NCBI GenBank assembly: GCA_964416865.1
Contig: CAYQFP010000002.1
Span: 2,010 to 34,615, forward strand
Direction of reading: 5' to 3'
DNA from: an uncultured Methanotrichaceae archaeon
Lineage (GTDB): Archaea; Halobacteriota; Methanosarcinia; Methanotrichales; Methanotrichaceae
Length of the DNA: 32,606 bases
Shown here: positions 25,396 through 32,606 of the stretch, piece after piece
Position numbering within the stretch: position 1 is the first letter of the stretch
Layout of the letters: every line of letters starts with the position of its first letter
The notes under the pieces: generated by a model
Told to the model about the DNA's origin: nothing
The model's input: only the letters and a program-made list of their open reading frames with translations
The model's database searches: none
Made by a program: the position numbers and the translations under genes

Positions 25396-25437
25396 ATAAC
25401 TTTATGTGCACAAGTAAATGTGAGCGTAAGCGAGCAT

Positions 25438-26310
25438 TTACTCGTCAATCTCTGCCAGGTTTTCGAAGTAACGTTTGACAATTTCCCGGTGTTGTGGAGG
25501 TAGGCTCTCGATGTAAAGCTCGGTGGGAACGGCCACGCCTTCGCCCAAGGGGGCGGTCTGGAAGAAGCGACTCATGGTTTCGGTCTCCCTGGATAGCGAT
25601 CCCGCACCCGTGCCAGGATAGAGGAGCAGCTCCAGGTTTACTTCATCCAGCATTGCCAGAGACGGCTTCCCATAAATATCGCCGGGGATGTTCGATCCCT
25701 CGTCTCCCTGGTCCGAGAGATCCTTCTCCTGGAAGAGGGACGTTGCTCTGTCTCTGAGATCTTCCAGTGGCTGTAGGTTTGGTGGTGATATATCCTCGCC
25801 GATCTGGCTATGGCTGATGATGAGGAGGACACCAAATAGGACGACTGCCGAGATCGTCTTCAGATGGAGAAGGGGCATGCTCAACCCACCCAGAGTAAGC
25901 CGAGACCGCTTTATCAGATCCGCAGATCTTACCAAGGCGAGCCTGCGCCTCACATCCTCTGCCAGGCGTTCCATTACCACCGAATCCGATTGGCGGTTGT
26001 CATAGGCGGTCTTGGTCTTCTCCAAGAGCACCGGGTCGAAGAGCTGGTAAATGTCCGACCTGGACCGTCGGCTCAGGAGCTTGGCCCCGCAACAGCCCAG
26101 CAATATAGAAAATATAACTGGTGCCCTGGCGAGGAGGGGCACGTCCTGCCAATAGAGTTCGAAGAAAGCAGGTATGCCCAAAAACAGAGCAACCCCATAG
26201 ACTAAGATGGCGATTATGGCGGCATCGAGCAGGTTGAGCATCCGCACAAGCCTCCTGTAGGCGGTCATCAGTCGTTCCAGATCGACCAAGAACACGTATG
26301 GGCCGTTCAC
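25438..26310 (-). CDS. Membrane protein at the head of the MoxR operon (3 TM segments plus an acidic loop)
   Basis: 290-aa ORF with a GTG start at 26310; the alternative ATG is at 26268. The C-terminal LPPQHREIVKRYFENL motif resembles tails of DUF4175/Bat-type MoxR-associated proteins, from memory only. Confidence 0.6.
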   Translation of the reverse strand: MNGPYVFLVDLERLMTAYRRLVRMLNLLDAAIIAILVYGVALFLGIPAFFELYWQDVPLLARAPVIFSILLGCCGAKLLSRRSRSDIYQLFDPVLLEKTKTAYDNRQSDSVVMERLAEDVRRRLALVRSADLIKRSRLTLGGLSMPLLHLKTISAVVLFGVLLIISHSQIGEDISPPNLQPLEDLRDRATSLFQEKDLSDQGDEGSNIPGDIYGKPSLAMLDEVNLELLLYPGTGAGSLSRETETMSRFFQTAPLGEGVAVPTELYIESLPPQHREIVKRYFENLAEIDE

Positions 26311-26517
26311 AATATAAATTTGGCCAGTCTAAATAAATACTTTCCGCGCAGCTTTACCTGGCCGTACTGAAATTAGGTTTATAACTTTTGAGCACATACC
26401 GGTAGATACTCCTGTTGGATGGCGGGTCGTGTATCACGATTCGCCGAACACGGAGGAGAACGTGAGACGAACAATCGCCCCGGCGGAGCCGGGACCGTAG
26501 CAGGGAAACATAGAACG

Positions 26518-28527
26518 ATGGAAAAGACACCGAAGAGGGTAGGACTGAACCTCAAGCTAGTGATACTATTCCTGCTGGTGGCGTTGTTGCCGCTGGGCTT
26601 AATCAGCACGATCACCTACCAGGAGACGAAGACCATCGCAGAAGATACGGTGAGCGGGACGACCAATCTCAGTATCAATGAGGAGATCGGCACCATATCT
26701 GCCGGTGTCTGGATAGCCCCCGATGGCTTCGGCAATATCTCACAGGAGACGATCCCGACCTTGAGCTATCTACGTAACCCCGCTAGGACCCTGCGCATCA
26801 CGGTAGATGGGGGAGACGATTTGGAGCTGGGGTATATAGGAACCTCGGATGGGGTCCTGGTTCTCTGGCCCGACATCACCGAGACGCTGCGCGATATTGC
26901 ACCCTTCGATTACCGAGAACGTCCCTGGTACCTTCTGGCACAGGATGCGAGCCAGACCGTCTGGACCAAACCTTACCGGGACACCAGTACCGGCACTCTG
27001 GCCGTTACCTGCGCGACCCCGATATCCGTAGGAGATGAGACGGTGGGGGTCGCCGGGATGGATGTATCCCTGGTCTCCATGCATCGCGACCTATCCGGCT
27101 ATCCTCTCGGGTACATATTTCTCATCGACAACGAGGGCGCGGTGATCATGCGACCAGACACTTTGCCGGAAGGCTTTCTCTGGGACGAGCTTCTCGCGGA
27201 GGGGAGCCTTCTGGAGACGGAAAACCCAGATCTGACGGCTGCCATCCAGAAGATGGTCCAGGGTGAGGCCGGTATCTCTGTGGTCCGCCTCAACAAGGGA
27301 GACTGCCGTATAGCCTATGCGCCCCTCACCTCGACAGGATGGAGCCTGGGCATGGTCCAGTCTTCGGGCAACAGGGTAACCGCTGCCGCCGTCAAGGCGG
27401 CTCAGTACGATGGACTCTTCAGGAGGATCGAAGACCAGAACGAGGTCGTGACAGGGTCTGTCATGGAGAGTTTGTTGGAAAACGAGTACGGTGGCGAAGC
27501 CGTCGGGGCCAGCGTACCGGTGGCCAGTGCCTCTGACCAGAGATCGACGATCCTGGTAATATTCCTCATCGCAGGAGCGCTGGCGGGCGTGGTCGGTCTC
27601 CAGGTGGGCTACAGCATCACCCGCCCGATCGCCTCGATCACCGAGGCTCTCGGAAGGGTGGGCAAGGGCGACCTGGACGTCAAGGTTGATGTGAGATCTT
27701 CCGACGAGATCGGCGATCTGAGCGAGGCCTTCCAAGGGATGGAACGCGACTTGAAACACCAATTGGACCTTGTGAAGAGCGACTCCATCGAGCTAGGCCG
27801 AACCAGGGAGGCGGAGGATACCGCCAGGGAGATAAGAGAGAGCCTCCTGCCAGATAGAGTTCCTCAGGCAGATGGTTACGAGATTGTCGCGTTATCCCTT
27901 CCAGTCGGACGGAGCGGAGGCCACTTCTACAGTGTTTTCGAGACGGGGGAGGATAGGACCGGCCTGGTGATGGCAGACGTATCGGGAGAAGGACTTCCTG
28001 CTGCCATATTCATGGTCCACTCCAAGACCCTGATCGAGATGGTCTGTATGAGATACCCGGATCCGGCAAGGGCACTGGAGATGGCCAACGTTCATATCGG
28101 CAAGAGCGCTAACGGTGGAATGATGGTTGCCTGCTTCTGCGGGGTGGTGGATGCAACCAGTCAATTCGTGGAGTACGCTAATACGGGACACATACCACCC
28201 TTCGTAGTCGATTCTCAAGGAGGGGTGGAGACCCTGGGTGGTGGAGGGATGGCCCTGGGAACTCTGGAGAAGATCAAGCTGGAGCCGGACAGGACGAGGA
28301 TGGAGACGGGTGATGTCTTGGTGATATACACCGATGGTGTGATCGATGCCGAGAACGAGGATATGGAACGGTTCGGGACAGAACGCCTGATAAGCCTGGT
28401 GAAGGATACGAGGGCATCTTCGGCATCGGAGATCCTGAAGGCGGTCGAGGAGGCGGTCAGGGCGCACACCGAGGACAAAGCTCAGAACGACGATCTCACC
28501 CTGATGATCGTAAAGAGGTACGAATAA
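26518..28527 (+). CDS. Membrane sensor phosphatase: Cache-like extracytoplasmic domain, HAMP, PP2C (SpoIIE/RsbU-type)
   Basis: I take the start at ATG 26518 (MEKTPKRVGLNLKLVILFLLVALLPL, TM1). Cache-like YRERPWY...WTKPYRDTSTGTLAVTCATPI...GVAGMDVSL. HAMP ITRPIASITEALGRVGKGDLDVKV...EIGDLSEAFQGM. PP2C motifs ADVSGEG, NTGH, IYTDGVIDAEN, NDDLTLMIV. Confidence 0.85.
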   Translation: MEKTPKRVGLNLKLVILFLLVALLPLGLISTITYQETKTIAEDTVSGTTNLSINEEIGTISAGVWIAPDGFGNISQETIPTLSYLRNPARTLRITVDGGDDLELGYIGTSDGVLVLWPDITETLRDIAPFDYRERPWYLLAQDASQTVWTKPYRDTSTGTLAVTCATPISVGDETVGVAGMDVSLVSMHRDLSGYPLGYIFLIDNEGAVIMRPDTLPEGFLWDELLAEGSLLETENPDLTAAIQKMVQGEAGISVVRLNKGDCRIAYAPLTSTGWSLGMVQSSGNRVTAAAVKAAQYDGLFRRIEDQNEVVTGSVMESLLENEYGGEAVGASVPVASASDQRSTILVIFLIAGALAGVVGLQVGYSITRPIASITEALGRVGKGDLDVKVDVRSSDEIGDLSEAFQGMERDLKHQLDLVKSDSIELGRTREAEDTAREIRESLLPDRVPQADGYEIVALSLPVGRSGGHFYSVFETGEDRTGLVMADVSGEGLPAAIFMVHSKTLIEMVCMRYPDPARALEMANVHIGKSANGGMMVACFCGVVDATSQFVEYANTGHIPPFVVDSQGGVETLGGGGMALGTLEKIKLEPDRTRMETGDVLVIYTDGVIDAENEDMERFGTERLISLVKDTRASSASEILKAVEEAVRAHTEDKAQNDDLTLMIVKRYE

Positions 28528-29622
28528 TCAACAGCGCACCATCCGTATAAAATCGTCACCGGCGATATCCTTCACCATTCTGGCAAGGTCTTCGAGACAG
28601 GCGCCGTCCAAGGCGATCCGGGTCTTCTCTCCGAAGATCTCGGCCCTAACTCGCCGACCTACGACGTCGTCGCACCCGGATCTGACTACTATTATGGTGC
28701 TGCCCACCGGAGTGGTCGTCTGGTGAGACAACCGGTCGGGGTCGCCATCCACTATACCGATCTGGGGCACGCCCAGGCGAGCCAGAACGTCACCGGCGAT
28801 GGAGGTGGTGTCGTCGCCCACGGTTATCACCACCCCAGCATCTCTGGCAGCCTCGAAGGTGCCCTCGGCTGCATGATCGATCATCACCACCTCGTGACCG
28901 CTGTGATGAAGAATCCGGGGCACACACTCCGTCCTCCTGATGTCGCCGCTTCTCAGCACTGCCCTCTCCAGATCGATGACAGAGAGCTTCTCCAGGCCGT
29001 GGGGTTTCGGCACCGCTCCTCTGATATCGACTATCTTGCCTGCCCGGGCGATGATCTCTACATTGCCTTCTTGCGCCCTGGCTATCACCGTACCGTTCAG
29101 GGATATGTTCTCACCTGGCTCGACGCCCACCGGCCTGCGCAGGACTACCTGTCCCTGGCACACGATCCTCTGCAGGGGTGATGGTGGATCCACCACCTCC
29201 AGGTCCAGCTCGCGGGCCAGGATGGTGGCGAGGTCATCGGCGTCTCCCGTCAGAGAAGCCACGAACCTGCCTCCAGGGTCGATCAAAAGCAACGGCCGGG
29301 TGGGTTCTGACCTGGTCTTCACGATCTCTCCGAATACCAGGCCTGTTTCTCTCGTCTTGGCCTGGTTGAGGAGGATTACCACATCGGACCGTTCCTGGAG
29401 CCGACGGACCGACCTGCTGGGGATCTCTCTCCGGCTGATATCGATGCGGCCTTCCAGGCCTGCGTCGATGACCGCCACCCGGCCCATGGTGCCTCCCAGA
29501 ACGGCGGTGATCCTGCCCATACTCTCCAGCCGGTCCAGCACGGCGAGAGCCGATCCCGAGTCTATGACCTCGGGACCGTGTATCACAACCCCGACATCAT
29601 CCACCGCTTTCGACGCTCTCAT
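28528..29622 (-). CDS. Conserved archaeal protein of unknown function (possibly DUF2117-like)
   Basis: 364-aa ORF and the last gene of a four-gene minus-strand operon. It overlaps the upstream gene by 26 nt. The family name is from memory only. Confidence 0.65.
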   Translation of the reverse strand: MRASKAVDDVGVVIHGPEVIDSGSALAVLDRLESMGRITAVLGGTMGRVAVIDAGLEGRIDISRREIPSRSVRRLQERSDVVILLNQAKTRETGLVFGEIVKTRSEPTRPLLLIDPGGRFVASLTGDADDLATILARELDLEVVDPPSPLQRIVCQGQVVLRRPVGVEPGENISLNGTVIARAQEGNVEIIARAGKIVDIRGAVPKPHGLEKLSVIDLERAVLRSGDIRRTECVPRILHHSGHEVVMIDHAAEGTFEAARDAGVVITVGDDTTSIAGDVLARLGVPQIGIVDGDPDRLSHQTTTPVGSTIIVVRSGCDDVVGRRVRAEIFGEKTRIALDGACLEDLARMVKDIAGDDFIRMVRC

Positions 29623-29881
29623 CCTCCATCCTTATCGACGATAGCTCCTCCTCTGTCGTCTTGAGATCGTCCACGAACTCTTCCAGGGTACGACCACCCA
29701 GCTCCTTCTTATCTGGCATGTGCTCGATGGGTTCCAGGGAGCTTAGATGATAGTAGAGTCCAGTGGAGTCCAGAAGAGCCCACCGACCGTCGTCTTCGGT
29801 CTTGAGGACCTTCACCACGCCGACCGTACCGGTTCCGTTGTATCGGACGATGCTGCCTTCTCTGATAATATCTTCTGCCAA
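29597..29881 (-). CDS. Small acidic protein (possibly DUF2098-like), with an N-terminal SH3/KOW-like beta segment
   Basis: 94 aa. EGSIVRYNGTGTVGVVKVLKTEDDGRWALLDSTGLYYHLSSLE, then an acidic tail. It starts 13 nt after the upstream stop. Confidence 0.6.
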   Translation of the reverse strand: MAEDIIREGSIVRYNGTGTVGVVKVLKTEDDGRWALLDSTGLYYHLSSLEPIEHMPDKKELGGRTLEEFVDDLKTTEEELSSIRMEDESVESGG

Positions 29882-29894
29882 GCCTATCGCCGCC

Positions 29895-30350
29895 TCACAT
29901 CTTCACGATCTTCATCTCGCCCTCGAAGTTCTCGACCTCTGCCCCGCAGGGACAGGCCTGCACCACCACGTCTTCGAACTCCTCGGTCCCGCAGAGCACG
30001 TCCTGTTCGGGATGGGTGCCTGCCTGGATGTCGCATCTTATCCTGGTTTTGCTTCCCACGGAGACCACCGTATTCAGCCTGGGCGAGGCAGGATGGCCCT
30101 TTGGGAGGACGATGAGCGGAGATCTCAGCTCTCTGATCTGGTAGAGGGTGCATCCGAGCCCTCGCCGGATCTTCTCGCCCGTGCCGAAGGCCGAGGCTAC
30201 CAGCAAGTCGTCCTTCTCGGTGAAGATTATGATCTCCTCGGTGTCTGTCTCCAGGTAAAAAAAATAACCCAGGGCCTTGGTCATGGCCAAGGTCCCCTTC
30301 TGTCCACAGAGGTAGGCTATCTCATCCTCACCCAGGTGGATCTTCATCAT
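29895..30350 (-). CDS. Uncharacterised 151-aa protein with a C-terminal Cys cluster (C-x14-C-x12-CPC)
   Basis: I take the start at ATG 30350 (MMKIHLGEDE), 2 nt after the stop of the zinc-ribbon ORF. The track's 30392 start would overlap that ORF by 40 nt. Confidence 0.6.
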   Translation of the reverse strand: MMKIHLGEDEIAYLCGQKGTLAMTKALGYFFYLETDTEEIIIFTEKDDLLVASAFGTGEKIRRGLGCTLYQIRELRSPLIVLPKGHPASPRLNTVVSVGSKTRIRCDIQAGTHPEQDVLCGTEEFEDVVVQACPCGAEVENFEGEMKIVKM

Positions 30351-30352
30351 CA

Positions 30353-30505
30353 CTATGCTGACTTGATGTTTCTGGACTGGCACGAGGGGCACATGGGCCT
30401 GCGGCCCATGCCCTTGAACTTATTTCCGCAGTCCAGGCATTCGTAGCTCTTTGCGGCGAGATCTGTTACATCACATATATCTGGTGGACCACCACACGTA
30501 CACAT
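30353..30505 (-). CDS. 50-aa zinc-ribbon protein (not in the ORF track, which lists no ORF below 60 aa)
   Basis: My hand translation of the minus strand is MCTCGGPPDICDVTDLAAKSYECLDCGNKFKGMGRRPMCPSCQSRNIKSA-stop. It has two CxxC knuckles 12 residues apart plus an N-terminal CxC...C, and sits in the first position of the operon. Confidence 0.6.
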   Translation of the reverse strand: MCTCGGPPDICDVTDLAAKSYECLDCGNKFKGMGRRPMCPSCQSRNIKSA

Positions 30506-30587
30506 GGGGCTTTCACCTCGCTTCTTCTATTGTAGCCTATCGTATTTAAACAGGGTGGCCCCATGTCGCCAGAACCATTTTTTAAAA

Positions 30588-30602
30588 ACGGCAGTATGCC
30601 GT
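30588..30602. terminator. Hairpin flanked by T-tracts on both strands, a candidate bidirectional terminator
   Basis: ccatttttt-aaaa-ACGGCA-gta-TGCCGT-gtttt. The stem is 6 bp. On the minus strand it is followed by TTTTT, about 100 nt downstream of the DUF1211 gene stop. Confidence 0.4.
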
Positions 30603-30709
30603 GTTTTCTGTAATTTCGTCTGCCCAATATCCTTACATGTTCGTTCTATGCTAAGTTTGACACTTATCCGATGCGCAAGACGCTCCCAGCCCAAGAAAAT
30701 AGCCGGGTG

Positions 30710-31327
30710 TTATTTTGGTTTATGTCGAAAGTAAGGATGGTGTAATATGACTAAGATTAAGATATATGAATATGAGGCCATTGTCGGGATTATAAGGGAT
30801 AATACTATCGCTAAAAGAGAAACAAGTGGGGTGACCATGCACCTCTTTTTGCCTACTGCTATTCTATGCGGATCCAGGTCGCAATCAACCAAACGATAAT
30901 CTTTGGTCGCATATGTCCAGTTTAAGCAAAAGAGTGTCCCTAAGATGAACATATTCGATCCAAAGAAGACTCCAGCCATCCAATCGCCATGATAGTCACC
31001 AGACAGGGAAGTTGAAACAGGCATCAGACATACAAACATCAGAATGAAAATATTCAGCCATATATGTCTTTGATCTGTTCGTTTGATATAATTAAATTGC
31101 TGATGATGGATAATCCAGAAAACAGCCAGAAGGATAAAACTCAATGCATAATTATAAAATAATCTCGATTGCCCAATCACCAAGACGTACAATTCTGGCT
31201 GACATGCTGTTCCCACTTCTGGGAGATGAATATTCAAAACCAGCAAGGTCATGGCTATGGCAAAGATGCCATCAGTTAGCGTCTCGATACGATTTGTTGT
31301 CAGTCCAGTATCCATTGTATATTCCAA
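30710..31327 (-). CDS. TMEM175 / DUF1211-family potassium-channel-like membrane protein
   Basis: 205 aa. TM1 signature NRIETLTDGIFAIAMTLLVL (the RxxxFSD-type motif of DUF1211), with 6 hydrophobic segments. It is clearly AT-rich compared with its neighbours. Confidence 0.8.
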   Translation of the reverse strand: MEYTMDTGLTTNRIETLTDGIFAIAMTLLVLNIHLPEVGTACQPELYVLVIGQSRLFYNYALSFILLAVFWIIHHQQFNYIKRTDQRHIWLNIFILMFVCLMPVSTSLSGDYHGDWMAGVFFGSNMFILGTLFCLNWTYATKDYRLVDCDLDPHRIAVGKKRCMVTPLVSLLAIVLSLIIPTMASYSYILILVILHHPYFRHKPK

Positions 31328-31400
31328 CAGTATGGTTGGATGTGGTAATATTTCAATATAACGGAGGTAGACTACCCAGTTTGGCCCTCCTTTTTTTTAG

Positions 31401-31485
31401 CATCTCAAAGGATCGTGGTCGAGCAACGGCCAGATCGTCAAAATCGGAGGGTAAAACCGCGAATGAACGCGAATTAAAAAAAAAT
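31401..31485. repeat. Intergenic repeat family, copy B (85 bp; its partner is at 19557-19685)
   Basis: catctcaaag gatcgtggtcgagc aa cggccagatcgtcaaaatc g gagggtaaaaccgcgaatgaacgc gaattaaaaaaaaat. It lacks the right hairpin arm found in copy A. T8 lies upstream and A9 lies inside or downstream. Confidence 0.85.
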
Positions 31486-31802
31486 CCTCCCTTCGGTCGG
31501 ATTTATATCTGCAACAACCACAAGAAAAGGCTTGCAAGTTAATTTTTTACAGGCACTTAGGTAAGGCAAAAGGACGAAGGTTGTTCCTTTGCACAGATTG
31601 CCCATGTCAATTGTCGTGCGCACCGAAAAAGTTACGCGCCAGGATTATAAAAATATATGTACTCAACTATCAAAACCGAAAAGATTTAAATATCGAGGTA
31701 TAGGTTGAGTGCCACGACTCTGTGCCTCGGAACTGGCCAGGCGGAGATATAACCATCACGGGATCCAGCAGCATCAACAGAGAAGCTAGGAGATATTGAT
31801 AA

Positions 31803-32588
31803 ATGGGATTTAAATCACCCAAAGAAACTACGTGCTCGGTTGACGACATCGGTTGTGCCAAGTCAGAAATGCCCACAGGGCCGTTGCTGACTCTTGGTTT
31901 TTTGGCAGGCGCGTTCATCGCATTCGGCGGACTGTTGGCGGTCGTCGTCGGTGGCGGCCTGCCGGGAATTCAGGCAGAAAATCCCGGGTTGCAGAAGCTC
32001 GTATTCGGCTCGGTCTTCCCCGTGGGTCTGATTCTGGTTGTGGTGGCCGGCGCAGAGCTGTTCACGGGCAACACGGCCTGTTGCCTCCCTGCGCTTTTGT
32101 CCAAGAGGATTTCATTAGCGGGCCTTGCCAAGAACTGGAGCCTATCTTACGTCGGCAATTTTGTGGGTTCGATATTTGTGGTATTGTTCCTGACCTACTT
32201 GACCGGTTTGTTGGCTCAAGATCCTTGGCTGGGTACCATCACCGGTATCGCCGAGGCAAAGGTCTCTCAGGGCTTTTGGCCGCTCTTCTTCAAGGGCGTC
32301 GGCTGTAACTGGTTGGTTTGCCTATCGGTGTGGTTGGCCATCGCCTCGGACGACGTGGCCAGTAAGGTATTCGGTATTTGGTTCCCGATAATGGCTTTCG
32401 TGGCGATCGGTTTTGAGCACAGCGTCGCCAATATGTTCTTCATACCCGCCGGAATCATGTACGGCGCAGATGTGACCTGGATGCAGTTTTTCACCGTCAA
32501 CTTGATTCCGGTTACTTTGGGGAACATAGTCGGCGGCAGTCTCTTCGTGGGTGTGATTTACTGGTACATATACAATCGTGAAGGTTAG
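31803..32588 (+). CDS. Formate/nitrite transporter family protein (FdhC/FocA-like)
   Basis: 261 aa. FNT signatures GAELFTGNT and GFEHSVANMF, with 6 TM segments. Confidence 0.9.
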   Translation: MGFKSPKETTCSVDDIGCAKSEMPTGPLLTLGFLAGAFIAFGGLLAVVVGGGLPGIQAENPGLQKLVFGSVFPVGLILVVVAGAELFTGNTACCLPALLSKRISLAGLAKNWSLSYVGNFVGSIFVVLFLTYLTGLLAQDPWLGTITGIAEAKVSQGFWPLFFKGVGCNWLVCLSVWLAIASDDVASKVFGIWFPIMAFVAIGFEHSVANMFFIPAGIMYGADVTWMQFFTVNLIPVTLGNIVGGSLFVGVIYWYIYNREG

Positions 32589-32606
32589 TCGTGTTCATTA
32601 AACGGG

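Noticed and set aside
30351-30392. Longer 165-aa version of the ORF 29895-30392
   Set aside because: The extension overlaps the zinc-ribbon ORF by 40 nt. ATG 30350 directly follows that ORF's stop and gives a typical coupled arrangement.
30504-31918. Track ORFs 30504-30734 (+), 31144-31542 (+) and 31670-31918 (-) in the low-GC island
   Set aside because: They either overlap the DUF1211 or FNT genes antisense, or run through the repeat and homopolymer tracts. They are Cys/Arg/Lys-rich with no recognisable domain.

Overview
This is a chromosomal window from a GC-rich archaeon. The gene content looks like a methanogen of the Methanosarcinales / Methanothrix (Methanosaeta) type; that assignment is inference from content, not a database hit. 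The supporting genes are a Cam-type gamma-carbonic anhydrase, an AglB/STT3 oligosaccharyltransferase, an MptN/CofF-like ATP-grasp ligase, a CCA-less tRNA-Ile(GAU) and many small archaea- or methanogen-type conserved proteins. I support about 36 coding regions or gene remnants. They include housekeeping genes (argG, purA, aglB), transporters (OFA-type MFS, TauE/SafE, TMEM175/DUF1211 channel, formate/nitrite transporter), two FAD proteins, an ArsR regulator and a Cache-HAMP-PP2C sensor phosphatase. There is also a long minus-strand operon: membrane protein, MoxR, DUF58, LarA-like, RimK-like. No CRISPR array, rRNA, transposase or integrase is present. Most worth a second look:
1. The MoxR/DUF58 pair tightly chained to a LarA-type enzyme and an ATP-grasp ligase.
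2. A radical-SAM/SPASM-like protein that has lost every Fe-S cysteine.
3. A mosaic intergenic repeat family with a 16-bp-stem hairpin at 19.5-19.9 kb and a second copy at 31.4 kb beside a low-GC island.
4. A four-gene operon of uncharacterised archaeal proteins led by a 50-aa zinc-ribbon ORF that is missing from the ORF track.
5. Gene remnants: an in-frame, internally deleted acetate-channel gene, a truncated HtpX-like gene next to the tRNA, and an ORF tail with no start codon.
6. A perfect 32-bp palindrome at the ArsR promoter.
All family assignments come from motif recognition by eye and need HMM or BLAST confirmation.
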